Source: an uncultured virus (IMG/VR IMGVR_UViG_3300025015_000025) (Duplodnaviria; Heunggongvirae; Uroviricota; Caudoviricetes). Taken from it: a stretch of DNA of 64,000 bases. Both the position numbers and the translations under genes were made by a program. Where the stretch lies: positions 1 through 64,000 of the IMG/VR virus record IMGVR_UViG_3300025015_000025; one strand, 5' to 3'. Under the pieces are notes generated by a model, which was not told the DNA's origin, did no database searches, and worked only from the letters and a program-made list of their open reading frames with translations. The stretch's first letter is position 1. Each line of letters opens with the position of its first letter. Positions 47,962 through 57,769 of this stretch are shown here, piece by piece.

Positions 47962-49551
47962 ATGAAACTACGATTCTTCGCCGTTCTCACCCTCGTGATT
48001 CTATTCGGAACCGTCCTCAACGCGGATACTTACACACGGCCGACCTGGCCCATGCACGGGGAGAACTTCAAGCTCCAGACCCAGGGGATGCTCCTGGAGT
48101 TTGACCCGACCAAGCCCGTGACCTCCGCGCAAGCGCTGTTCACCCTCCGGCGCGTGGCCAGCCAGACACAGCCGCTCTTCGATGTCCAGTCGGCCAACGG
48201 CACGAGCTACTTCAAAATCGGGTACGATGGGGCCATTTCCTTCGGCGCGGCCGGGGTGTGGACCTTCGGGAATGAAAGCCTGCACATCCTGGATACGAAC
48301 GCTACCCATGACTTAATCATCAAGCCGGGATCCAATCTTACGGCGGACCGGATATTCACCATCATCACCGGTGACGCGGCTCGCTCGTTGACCCTAAGCG
48401 GAAACCCTACACTTAGCGACTGGTTTGATCAAAGCACAAAAACGTCCACCACGCCAACCTTCGCGGGCTTGATCATTCCGTCCATCACGTCCGCCGCTGA
48501 TTTTGCTTGGTCCAGTTCTGCCGCGACCAACGCATCCGCGAGCTTAACCGGAAAGGGCAACGGCTCTATCTCCATGGTTACCGGCGAAGGTGGATTCACC
48601 GTTTCCGCAGAGGCCGCCGCAGTCAACGCCAGCATCGCGGTAACCGCTAAAGGCACCGGCAAGGTTGACATTAACGGCGGGACCGGTGGGGTGGAAATTC
48701 ATGAGTTTAATGTCGTGGGGCATACCCTGTCCTCGGACGATTCCATTATCCTGAATCCAACCGTCAAAGCCGTCGGATTCAGCAATTCCGTGGCTCAGAA
48801 CCTCCTCGATCCGACTTCGGCGCAGGATGCCGCGACAAAGAATTACGTGGATTCCCGGACGTCGCACCAACGCTTTGAGATGTTCGATGGCCTGGTGAAT
48901 ACCGGCTATGATCTTCTGGACTCTTTTGAGGTGATTGGAAACTGGGTTGCTTCCGATATCCACTTCACCGTCGCCGCCGACGCCGTGACCTATCGCAAGG
49001 GAACCGGGTCCCTCAAGCTCTCCTGTGACGGTACTGCCGCCCTGAATGACGCCGTGAACGACGCTGTGACCCACGTCAGCGAGAACTGGACCGGAGAGTA
49101 CGTCGGCCTGTGGGCGAACGCCTCGATTGCGTTGGACGCGGGCGACGCTAAGCTGAAACTGGTGGATGGGACGGGCGGAACGCAGTACGTTAATTTCCCC
49201 GCACTGACAGCTACAACCTGGACCTACGTGCGCTTCAACGTCTCCGCACTGACCCGCAGTGACACGGACGCCTGGGGCTTCGCCGTCAGCGCCGCCGGTG
49301 CCGCTAAGACCTTTGACCTTTACGTGGACAATGGCCTGCGCTATGACGCCTCCGGGCTTGTGACGCTCAAGCAGATTCCTCTCTATGCCGAGTACACCGG
49401 CGCGTATTCCATCGTCACCGCTGCGATAACGGGTCACTCGCCGACCGAAAAACTGGAGGATACGGATTTCTGGACGGACTACACCAACAAGCAGGTGATC
49501 TTCGTCGCGGACGAGTCCACCAACACGTGGTTTCTTAATTACAATTACTAA
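47962..49551 (+). CDS. fibre-like protein with signal-peptide-like N-terminus and C-terminal carbohydrate-binding-like domain
   Basis: RBS AAGGAGG; MKLRFFAVLTLVILFGTVLNA; DPTSAQDAATKNYVD fibre motif; jelly-roll-like C-terminus (TWTYVRF...LYVDN). Confidence 0.7.
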   Translation: MKLRFFAVLTLVILFGTVLNADTYTRPTWPMHGENFKLQTQGMLLEFDPTKPVTSAQALFTLRRVASQTQPLFDVQSANGTSYFKIGYDGAISFGAAGVWTFGNESLHILDTNATHDLIIKPGSNLTADRIFTIITGDAARSLTLSGNPTLSDWFDQSTKTSTTPTFAGLIIPSITSAADFAWSSSAATNASASLTGKGNGSISMVTGEGGFTVSAEAAAVNASIAVTAKGTGKVDINGGTGGVEIHEFNVVGHTLSSDDSIILNPTVKAVGFSNSVAQNLLDPTSAQDAATKNYVDSRTSHQRFEMFDGLVNTGYDLLDSFEVIGNWVASDIHFTVAADAVTYRKGTGSLKLSCDGTAALNDAVNDAVTHVSENWTGEYVGLWANASIALDAGDAKLKLVDGTGGTQYVNFPALTATTWTYVRFNVSALTRSDTDAWGFAVSAAGAAKTFDLYVDNGLRYDASGLVTLKQIPLYAEYTGAYSIVTAAITGHSPTEKLEDTDFWTDYTNKQVIFVADESTNTWFLNYNY

Positions 49552-49881
49552 CCCGTGCTAAATGCACAGGATCTTCCTCACGCCATGCTCCGAATGCCGG
49601 TCGCCCATGCAACTGCTCCTTCGCATGAACCAGCGCTACGTGGTCGAGTGCGAGGGGTGCGGACGCAAGGCGGCGATGGCCGACACGGAAGCCCTGGCCA
49701 TGCAGGCGTGGATCGCCAAGCAGGAGTCTGATGGTGTGCGTTCAAGGCCAGCGGGTGCGTGATACCGTCACGGAGGCTTTGGCTCTTGTAACCAAACAAG
49801 ATGCTCTGGGAAACGCGCTGAGGACCGGAATTCAAGCCATTGGCAAGGACTTAGAAGTCGTCGAAAGATGTTTGGAGGAGA

Positions 49882-50298
49882 TTGAAGATGGGGCGAGCCG
49901 TAACGCAAGCGGAACTGAAAGCCATTGTTGAAGTCAGCCAAAATGCCGCTCAGCAGATGGCCACGGTCGCGCAACAGCTATCGGCGATCAGCGCGCGTCT
50001 CAACAACGGCATGGTTTCGGAAATCCTCCAAACCTTCCGGGACGGGGCGTCGGAGCAGCGGACTCGGTGCGCGGAGCACATTCAGTTGCTCGCCCAATAT
50101 AAGGACAAGCAGGATACCTTGCACAAGGAAAGCGAGGACCGCTTGAAGGGGGCGATTGTCGGCATGGAAACCAAAGTAAACGACGCCGCCAACGCCTTGA
50201 CGTTTATGAAGTGGCTCTTAGCCATCATTGCTGGTGCGATTATTTTGGGCCTGGGAAAGTACCTGCTCTTTGGCATAACGGTGGCTGCGTCGAAGTAG
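49882..50298 (+). CDS. coiled-coil protein with C-terminal transmembrane helix (holin-like candidate)
   Basis: WLLAIIAGAIILGLGKYLLFG. Confidence 0.5.
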   Translation: MKMGRAVTQAELKAIVEVSQNAAQQMATVAQQLSAISARLNNGMVSEILQTFRDGASEQRTRCAEHIQLLAQYKDKQDTLHKESEDRLKGAIVGMETKVNDAANALTFMKWLLAIIAGAIILGLGKYLLFGITVAASK

Positions 50299-50304
50299 AT
50301 TCCC

Positions 50305-51165
50305 ATGAGACTCCCCTCTCTGCAAATCCTCGACCCCACAACGGGAAACCCCGCTGTGGGCGTCGTGCTGAATGACCTTGACATTCAATGGCGCAATTTA
50401 TACACGGGAGCGGCGGTGACGCTACCAGCACTCACGTTGGAGACGGACGCCGACGTTCCAGGACTCTACAGGCTCGTGGGGTTTCCCGACGTGGCCGACC
50501 GCGCCAAAGACGAAATCGTGGTTTCCTGGGCATCGGACAATACCCTCATTGCGTCCCTGACAAGGGAGGGATTAGGATCCGGTCAAGGCGCTGGTGGGCC
50601 TTGGCCGGTCACCATCACCGCCAAGGCACTGGTGTCTGGAGATCCGTTCCCTGACACGCATATCTCCGTGTACAACAGTGATGACACCGCCTTGATTACC
50701 ACGGGACTGACGACGGACCCGGACGGGATCGTTGTCCTGGGTCTGGCCACGGGAGTTTATCATGTCTGGGCGTCCCGCTTGCGGACAACGTGGTCCGTTA
50801 TGCCCGTTGTACTGACTGTGCTGGATCACGCCGCGTCCGTGGATGTTTTGGGAACCTCTGAGGAGATCACGCCGCCGATTCCGGGGCACGTGGTCCTGTA
50901 TGGCTGGATTTTAGACCCGAAAGGAAATCCCATTGCGGACGCGGAGGTCCAGGTGGCGCTTTCCAAGGCCCCGCAACAGTCCTCCGATGGGTCGTGGATT
51001 GATGCTTATTCCGTGCTGACGACCACCAACGTGCAGGGCTACTTTGAGCTTCAACTTGTGCTCGGACTATGGGTCAGTGTGGAGATACCAGAACTCCGGT
51101 ATGCCAAGTCCGGTCGCTTGCCAACCACATCCGGATATCTCAAGCTGGAGGAGTTCGCCATTTAG
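50305..51165 (+). CDS. virion structural protein with prealbumin/carboxypeptidase-regulatory-like domains
   Basis: TTDPDG...L..GVY; G.ILDPKGNPI.DA.V...TTNVQGYFEL. Confidence 0.6.
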   Translation: MRLPSLQILDPTTGNPAVGVVLNDLDIQWRNLYTGAAVTLPALTLETDADVPGLYRLVGFPDVADRAKDEIVVSWASDNTLIASLTREGLGSGQGAGGPWPVTITAKALVSGDPFPDTHISVYNSDDTALITTGLTTDPDGIVVLGLATGVYHVWASRLRTTWSVMPVVLTVLDHAASVDVLGTSEEITPPIPGHVVLYGWILDPKGNPIADAEVQVALSKAPQQSSDGSWIDAYSVLTTTNVQGYFELQLVLGLWVSVEIPELRYAKSGRLPTTSGYLKLEEFAI

Positions 51166-51206
51166 CCCTGCGTTATAGAATTCCTGAAAAATAAGCCTCT
51201 TTGCGC

Positions 51207-51236
51207 AAAGTCCCCGTTATTCATGCGGGGATTTTT
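51207..51236 (+). terminator. possible terminator hairpin
   Basis: AAAGTCCCCG...CGGGGATTTTT. Confidence 0.5.
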
Positions 51237-51273
51237 GGTCAGAGAAGTGTCTGAAAACTCAAGGAGGCTCTTC

Positions 51274-51849
51274 ATGAGCAATGTTGGATTCCCGAATGTG
51301 GACAATCGAAAGCTCCCGGATCTGTCCGTCCAGGACGCCGGAGACTTCAAGGACCGAACTCTCCAGAACGCGCTGACCAACCTTGGGTCCGCGCTGACGG
51401 CACTGCGGGCGTTCGATTCCGACCAGAACGGGACCTATGAGATCATGCCGCAGCGCGTCACGGACATTCTCGTGACCACGGGCTATGAACTTGGCGACGC
51501 CGATGGCGTCCTGACCGCGTTCAAGAAGCTCGTGACCCGCGTCCCCATCGCCGTCCCGGCTGGTGGGGCTTACGTGGTGACCCTGCACTGGTACGAGGGC
51601 GATCCCGCCGTTGCACACACCACGGTTGGTCTGGCCAACGGCACGTTCACCCCGGCCAGCTTCCTCACGGCGGGGGCCATTGATTACGCCAACGGCTACA
51701 TCTCCCTGACCTTCGGCGGCGGTGCGCCCAGCGCCAACACCAAGATCACCCTGGACTTCACCCTCAACTGGCAGCCTGGCATGGCCGCGCTCGTGGCATC
51801 GCTGGCCTCCGATTTCGTCCTGCTGCGCAAGCTGGTCGTCGCCGAGTAA
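51274..51849 (+). CDS. head-associated protein sharing a beta domain with the MCP insertion
   Basis: DG.LTAF...PI...GAIDYANGYISLTF..AP...I.LDF. Confidence 0.6.
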   Translation: MSNVGFPNVDNRKLPDLSVQDAGDFKDRTLQNALTNLGSALTALRAFDSDQNGTYEIMPQRVTDILVTTGYELGDADGVLTAFKKLVTRVPIAVPAGGAYVVTLHWYEGDPAVAHTTVGLANGTFTPASFLTAGAIDYANGYISLTFGGGAPSANTKITLDFTLNWQPGMAALVASLASDFVLLRKLVVAE

Positions 51850-52054
51850 TGTTGGTTCGGATCGAGAAGATAGGCACGGGCATGGACGCCAGTTTCATGC
51901 TGGACATCGGAGGGGATACCATCGTGGAATCCCCTGCGGCCATCAAGCGGATTCTACTGTCCAAGGGCGTTCAGCCCGATCATGCCAATTCCATGCTGGA
52001 TTACACGTGGAATTTCCGGTCCGGAGCCTTCGAGTCCTCGACGGGTAAGCTGCT

Positions 52055-53587
52055 ATGAAAAAGCAACTCGACGAACGAAAAGCCCCGTTTGCGTTTTCCT
52101 GTGAGGTTCTCCAGGAGGCGTTGAAGACGGACGGCGGGTATCGCCCCATGGTGCTTCGCGGGAAGTGCCAGGAGGGCGATAAGCCGAACGGCAATCGACG
52201 TGTATACCCCGATGAACTGTGGGAAGGCGTCGTGCATGACGAGGGGTTGCAGAAACGCATTGCGTCCCGCGCCGTCATCATGGAATTGGATCATCCCAAT
52301 GACGGCGAAACCCGCTTGGAACGAGGGGCCGCTGTTCTGACGCGCCTGTGGAAAGAGAACAAGGAAGTGTTCCTGGAGGCGGAAGTTCTGGATACCCCTC
52401 GGGGAGCGCTGTTGCAGGAGTACGCCCGCAAGAAAGTCCAAATTGGAGTGTCCTCCCGCTCGACGGGAGATGTGGTGCTGCGGGATGGTCTGGAGTACGT
52501 GAAGCCGGAAGGGTTTGACTTTGAGACCTTCGACTTTGTGTACCGCCAATCCGTTGCCGACGCCATCCCAGCACTCGTGGAACGTACCATCACGCACAAG
52601 CCCAACAAGGAGGAAGACATGGCGAAAGACGCCAGGATGCTGTTCAAGGAAGCCGAGTCCGAAGCCCGGACGATTTTCGGCATCAACCCGAAGAAGGTGG
52701 ACCCTAAGGCGATGCCCGTCATCTGCGAGCAGATCCTGGATATCCAGTCGGACATCCACGGCCTGCGGGAGATCGACCCCTCGCTCGTCCCCGCCATTGA
52801 CACCCTGTCGGCCCGGCTGGAAGAGTCCCGCGTGAAGCTGCTGGACCAGGAATTCCCGCCGGAGGAAGAGGAGAAGCCGGAAGTCCCTGAGGCGGAAGTA
52901 GTTCCTCCCAAGCCCGCTCCCGTCCCGCCCGTGGAGGAAGAGGAGAAGCCCGAGATCCCCATGGAGGAAGAGGATGAGGACCCCGAGCTTCCGGAGGGAT
53001 GCGAGGGGGACAAGATGGAAGCCAAGAAGTGGGAATCCAAGCTCTCCAAGATGGACACCAAGCAACTGGTCAAAACCATCCTGGAGATGCGGCAGCGCTA
53101 CCTCGCCCGGTCGGCGCAGTACACGACCGCTCTCAACCGCGCGTCGGGCATCATCGAGAAGCTCAAGACGGAAGCGGCCAAGGCCGATTCCTACGCCAAG
53201 GTCATCGAGGAGATGGTCGGTAGGATCAAGAGCGTCGTGAAGAAGGGGACGGTCCCCATCACGGAATTCCTCGGCAAGCCCAAGGCAGGCAAGCCGCTCG
53301 CGGAAGCGGTCCCTCCCACTCCTCCCGCTCCCCCCGTTGAAGAGGAAGAGGATGACCTTCTGACCAGCCTGATCGCGGGTCCGGAGGCCGAGGACAAGCC
53401 CGTCGATGAAGAGGAAAATCTGGAACTGGAGCCCGTGGAAGAGGAAGACGATACTTTGGCGATTCCTCAGTCCGAGGGAATGGTGGCGGCGCGGGATCGG
53501 TCACTGAGGAACCTGAAAGAGTCAATGAATGGTCCGAGGGGCGTGGAGCTTGCCCTGAAGTCCGTTGCGATGCGCGGCGGCCGGTAG
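52055..53587 (+). CDS. prohead protease (gp21-like) fused to scaffold-like domain
   Basis: KPNGNRRVYP, MELDHP, VLDTPRG, IGVSSR, FDFV; acidic/Pro-rich and coiled-coil C-terminus. Confidence 0.88.
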   Translation: MKKQLDERKAPFAFSCEVLQEALKTDGGYRPMVLRGKCQEGDKPNGNRRVYPDELWEGVVHDEGLQKRIASRAVIMELDHPNDGETRLERGAAVLTRLWKENKEVFLEAEVLDTPRGALLQEYARKKVQIGVSSRSTGDVVLRDGLEYVKPEGFDFETFDFVYRQSVADAIPALVERTITHKPNKEEDMAKDARMLFKEAESEARTIFGINPKKVDPKAMPVICEQILDIQSDIHGLREIDPSLVPAIDTLSARLEESRVKLLDQEFPPEEEEKPEVPEAEVVPPKPAPVPPVEEEEKPEIPMEEEDEDPELPEGCEGDKMEAKKWESKLSKMDTKQLVKTILEMRQRYLARSAQYTTALNRASGIIEKLKTEAAKADSYAKVIEEMVGRIKSVVKKGTVPITEFLGKPKAGKPLAEAVPPTPPAPPVEEEEDDLLTSLIAGPEAEDKPVDEEENLELEPVEEEDDTLAIPQSEGMVAARDRSLRNLKESMNGPRGVELALKSVAMRGGR

Positions 53588-53624
53588 GCCCCAAACCCAA
53601 CAGTCAGACCACAAGGAGGACGAC

Positions 53625-55025
53625 ATGGACCATAAGCAATTGTACGAGGAATACCTGGGAAAACTGGCGCACATCTCCAAGAAGAAGGTGTGGGAGAAGT
53701 GGCTGGTCCAGAAGGACGGCAAGACCCCGCTGGAGGGGTGGGATCGGCACATCACGGCCTGCATGCTGGAGAACGAGTTCCGGTACATCAACAACCTGGA
53801 AGAGGACGTGCGGGCCATCAACATCGGCTCCTTCGCCAAGTACGCTCTTCCCATCGTCCGGCACACGTACCCCAACCTTATTTCCAAGGACCTCGTGGCC
53901 ATGCAGCCCATGCCGGGCCCCATTTCGCTCGTGTTCTACCGCGATGTGATCTACGGGAGCAACAAGGGTAGGATTCGGCGCGGCGATACGGCCTTCGGCT
54001 CCCAGGTCGGCCACGCCACGGCGGATTCCACATACTCGTCCGAGACGGTTCCCATGGAAGTCCCGGCCGGGTGGGTCGGTGACGGCGGGACCACCTCGTT
54101 CGGGTCCTCCGTTCTGTCCTATCACCCCATCCGGCCCGGTTCCGTCGTGGGAGAGACCATCGTGGGCAGCGTGACCGTCCAGTTCCAGGATGACGGCGCG
54201 GGTGGAATCGTCGGCCCCGAGATTTCCTCCGGGACCGTCAACTACACCACCGGTGCCATCGCCGTGGTGTTCGCTGACGCCCCTGATTCCCTGGCCAACA
54301 TCTCCATCTCCTACACATATGATTCCGAAGGCAGCGCCGACACGCCCAGCCTCGAATTCGTCATCTCCTCGGTTCCCGTGCAGGCCATGCCCCGCAAGCT
54401 ACGGATCGTCTGGTCCGTGGAAGCGCAGCAGGACTACGCCGCGATTCATGGCGGTGACGCAGAGGCCGACTTGGTGGCCGATGTTGGTGAGCAGTTCCGG
54501 TATGAGACCGACCGGGAAGTCATCACCGACCTGCTGTCCGTCGCGGATAGCACCTCCGTCGGCGTCTTCGACCTCACCCCCGGCCTGGGCCAGGACCCCC
54601 TGACGCACAAGATGCTGCTCCCCAGCAAGTTCATCCAGGCGTCTGGCGTCGTGCACCGCAAGGTCAAGAAGCAGATCGCATCCGCCGTGGTCATGGGCGA
54701 GAACGTCTCCAATGAGATCGAGTCGCTCCCCACCTTCAAGGGTGACACGCTCAAGGGCGACGGCGTGATCTTCGTCGGCAAGCTCAACAACCGGTGGGAT
54801 TGCTACAGGGATCCCGACATGGACCCCAACACCTATCTCGTCGTGGCCAAAGGGACCAACTCCACCGTGGACGCCGGGTATGTCCTGCTCCCGTACATCC
54901 CGCTCTACACCACCGCGACGTACGAGCTGGATGACATGAAGCTCCGCAAGGGCCTCATGACCCGGTACGCCAAGAAGATCATCAACAAGAACTACTACGT
55001 GAAGGGGCTCGTCACCCAGTCGTAA
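53625..55025 (+). CDS. major capsid protein (gp23-like)
   Basis: TACMLEN, PNLI..LVAMQPM.GP, RKLR..WS.EA.QD, ETDREVI, PYIPL, GLMTRYA. Confidence 0.93.
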   Translation: MDHKQLYEEYLGKLAHISKKKVWEKWLVQKDGKTPLEGWDRHITACMLENEFRYINNLEEDVRAINIGSFAKYALPIVRHTYPNLISKDLVAMQPMPGPISLVFYRDVIYGSNKGRIRRGDTAFGSQVGHATADSTYSSETVPMEVPAGWVGDGGTTSFGSSVLSYHPIRPGSVVGETIVGSVTVQFQDDGAGGIVGPEISSGTVNYTTGAIAVVFADAPDSLANISISYTYDSEGSADTPSLEFVISSVPVQAMPRKLRIVWSVEAQQDYAAIHGGDAEADLVADVGEQFRYETDREVITDLLSVADSTSVGVFDLTPGLGQDPLTHKMLLPSKFIQASGVVHRKVKKQIASAVVMGENVSNEIESLPTFKGDTLKGDGVIFVGKLNNRWDCYRDPDMDPNTYLVVAKGTNSTVDAGYVLLPYIPLYTTATYELDDMKLRKGLMTRYAKKIINKNYYVKGLVTQS

Positions 55026-55039
55026 GGGTAGACCTCCTC

Positions 55040-55624
55040 ATGGAATTCTGGAAAAACGCGAAGTCAAATCCTCGAACCCTCCCGACGCCTCGGGGGGGTT
55101 CGATTCTCATTCTTCCTGGCCAGGTGGTTGCGGGGGTCTGGTGGCGGCGCTACGCCGGGGAATTCCTCGTTGGAATGGATTCCGCCACGCCGGAGACCCT
55201 CGTATGGTGGCCCAAGACGAAGTTGGACGAGGCGCAGACGATGCCGGAGTACATGGACATTCTGCAACGGCATCGCAACGGGGAGGACATGTCCCTTCCC
55301 TATCCGTTGACGGCTGCGCCCGTTTCGACGCCCGCTCCTGTAAGTGTTCCTCCTCCCGTGAAAGTCGCAAAGGTTGCGCCTGAACCTTCGCCGGAACCTG
55401 TTCCAGAGCCTTCCCTTGCGGAACCGGTCGTGGAGGCCGCCCAGGAGCCTGTGGGCGCGTCTGAGGCGTTGCCCACCCTCAGTGTGGAATCCATCAAAGA
55501 GGAATTGGCCGGTCTGGACATGACCGAACTCCGTGAGGAAGCCAAGAAGCTCGGCGTTAAGAGCTTCGGCGTCTCCAAGGACCTGCTCATCCAGCGTATT
55601 GCTGAAGCTACTGCGGCGGAGTAG
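55040..55624 (+). CDS. hypothetical protein with C-terminal Rho-N/SAP-like helical domain
   Basis: LDMTELREEAKKLGV...SKDLLIQRI. Confidence 0.6.
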   Translation: MEFWKNAKSNPRTLPTPRGGSILILPGQVVAGVWWRRYAGEFLVGMDSATPETLVWWPKTKLDEAQTMPEYMDILQRHRNGEDMSLPYPLTAAPVSTPAPVSVPPPVKVAKVAPEPSPEPVPEPSLAEPVVEAAQEPVGASEALPTLSVESIKEELAGLDMTELREEAKKLGVKSFGVSKDLLIQRIAEATAAE

Positions 55625-55632
55625 GGGGGCCT

Positions 55633-56364
55633 ATGGCCACCGCGACGCTGACGGAGACCGCGATTCGGGATTGGGTGCGCCGGAAGCTCGGTGGCAACAC
55701 GGTAGACTTGGAAATCCGGCCGGACGACTACACGGATGCTTTGCAAGAAGCCGTGGAGAAGTATTTCAAGCACAAGCCGCTCCGGATCATCAAAACCTAT
55801 AATCAGCCTGCGGACTCGTCCACCATCATCCCTCCGGACGGGTGCAAAGGCTTATCCAACTGCCGCATTGTCCGAGAAACGGAGTTGAGCCCGCTCCGAT
55901 CCTTGGATGGCGGAGGTCTGTTTGCCCCCATGGGCGTCCGCGTGTTCGCGCCTACCTCCGTGGATCTGCACACGGTAGAGCTATCCCAGAAGTGGCTGGA
56001 CCTGACGGGGCGCATCCTTGGATCCGATCCGGACTGGTACTATGACTACTACACGGATGAACTGAAAATCGTCTCTCCCGGCACCAGTTGCAAAGTGACC
56101 GTGGATTGGTTGCAACCGGGCCTGTACCCCGATGACCTGGAGCGGGTGCCACAGACGGATCACGACTGGATCAAGCGGTATACGTTGGCGGCCGTCAAGG
56201 AGCCTTTGGGACGAGCGAGGTCAAAATATGACGCGGTTCCCGTTGCGGGCACGACACTCCAGATGGACGGGGAACGTTTACTCACGGAAAGCAAAGAAGA
56301 GCGGGAAGCGCTGATCGAGGAGTTGAAAAATTCCTCTGCGACGCTATTCCCGCGATGGGGGTAG
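55633..56364 (+). CDS. neck/head-tail adaptor (gp13-like)
   Basis: RRKLGG..VDLE, WIKRYTLA..K..LGR.RSKY. Confidence 0.8.
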   Translation: MATATLTETAIRDWVRRKLGGNTVDLEIRPDDYTDALQEAVEKYFKHKPLRIIKTYNQPADSSTIIPPDGCKGLSNCRIVRETELSPLRSLDGGGLFAPMGVRVFAPTSVDLHTVELSQKWLDLTGRILGSDPDWYYDYYTDELKIVSPGTSCKVTVDWLQPGLYPDDLERVPQTDHDWIKRYTLAAVKEPLGRARSKYDAVPVAGTTLQMDGERLLTESKEEREALIEELKNSSATLFPRWG

Positions 56365-56366
56365 TT

Positions 56367-56735
56367 ATGAAACGCTGGATCACGCAGAAGATCATTGCTT
56401 TTGTCCTGCGGCAAATTCGTTTGGAGTTGCGCAATGAGCCCCTCACGGAGGAGTTCATTCGCGTGTACAACGCGGGAGGCAATCTCATATCCTGCGTGCA
56501 AGCCGTGACGGTGAAAACCGGCGTGGACTCCGACGATTTGGCGTTACAAGTGGCCACGGACACGCTCAAGGATGTCAAGAAACTTGGGCAGACTCTCCAG
56601 ATGTACTGTGAGAACCGGCCCTTGCGGGAAGTGGTGCGTCTATCGCAGAGCGTGAAGTTCCCCGCGCACGTGACCGAGTTGGGAGTTCCGCCCAGCGTCG
56701 GTGAACTGCTGATCTATCTCTTGGAGAAGCGATAG
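56367..56735 (+). CDS. hypothetical protein
   Basis: Operon context. Confidence 0.5.
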   Translation: MKRWITQKIIAFVLRQIRLELRNEPLTEEFIRVYNAGGNLISCVQAVTVKTGVDSDDLALQVATDTLKDVKKLGQTLQMYCENRPLREVVRLSQSVKFPAHVTELGVPPSVGELLIYLLEKR

Positions 56736-57025
56736 TGGTTCTGTGGGATAAGTTCGCTGAGACGCACACGGCGTCCATGGCGTTGTCTGACGTTGAGGAT
56801 GCCGTAACCTCCATGGACAGTGCTTGGGAGGAGTTGGCGAACGCCCTGGTGCAGCAACAGGCGGGGCATGGATTCCGCCGGTGGGGGCTTCAGGATGAAT
56901 TTGACCATCTCTACACGGCGGCCAAAGACTTCAAGGAGAAACTGACGGCGTTCCGTGTGAAGTTGGATGCCAAGGTTGAAGAACTGCAACAGGAAGTCGA
57001 TACCTTGGACGATGAGGAGTCGTAG
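56735..57025 (+). CDS. hypothetical coiled-coil protein
   Basis: Coupled stop/start. Confidence 0.5.
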   Translation: MVLWDKFAETHTASMALSDVEDAVTSMDSAWEELANALVQQQAGHGFRRWGLQDEFDHLYTAAKDFKEKLTAFRVKLDAKVEELQQEVDTLDDEES

Positions 57026-57768
57026 TGCTATACGAGCGGGAGTACGCGGAGTTCTGCTGGTATGCCAAGGTAACGGATTACGGAACCCGCTTGGAGGAGT
57101 TCTCTCTACCCGTGCCCGTCGCATTGAAAGCCAAGTTCAATTTCATCAAGACGCTGGCCGTAGAGACGGGAACCAGCGTAAAGGACCTGGTGAAGGGGTT
57201 CCTGGACAAAACGGTATTTGCGCTGTTTTCTAAGATCGGTTGGGATATCAAGAAGCTATGGGACGTGCTGAAAAAGGGCTTTGAAGCCTATAAAAACGTT
57301 TTGGATGCCATCGCCGACTACGTAGCCAAGAGCGGAGTAGGGAAGTGGACCGGAGAACGGCTGGAGGCATTAGACCAGTTTCTTAAATCCCACCCGAAGA
57401 CCAGAACCTTGGCGGGCGTGGCCGTCGCTGGCCTCCTGATTTACATTTGGCTGAACATGGCATTCACGGGGGATGTCAAGTATGATTTTGACCTGACGGA
57501 CGCCGTGAAGGCGCTGACCGGTCAGTTCTCCCTATCGGCGTTATTTGCGGGTACGGATGGGGTGAAGCTCCTTCTGCTCTTGGCCACGGGCCTCCTGGGG
57601 GCTTCGTTCCCCTGGCCCGGCCCAACGTCGGCTAAGTTCCTCGTGGCCGTGGTCCGTGGTATCGCCTCCTGGGCCAAACAGCGCTTTGGTAAGTTGGAGC
57701 CCGGCGCGGAGGCAGCACAGGCGGAGTCCGTGTCCTTGACGGCGGATATCCTCCTGCTGTGGGGATGA
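57025..57768 (+). CDS. hypothetical protein with hydrophobic helices
   Basis: Two hydrophobic segments; coupled stop/start. Confidence 0.6.
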   Translation: MLYEREYAEFCWYAKVTDYGTRLEEFSLPVPVALKAKFNFIKTLAVETGTSVKDLVKGFLDKTVFALFSKIGWDIKKLWDVLKKGFEAYKNVLDAIADYVAKSGVGKWTGERLEALDQFLKSHPKTRTLAGVAVAGLLIYIWLNMAFTGDVKYDFDLTDAVKALTGQFSLSALFAGTDGVKLLLLLATGLLGASFPWPGPTSAKFLVAVVRGIASWAKQRFGKLEPGAEAAQAESVSLTADILLLWG

Positions 57769-57769
57769 C

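Noticed and set aside
52860..53460. Repeated PPVEEEE-coding segments as a DNA repeat element
   Set aside because: Explained by the low-complexity acidic scaffold protein sequence
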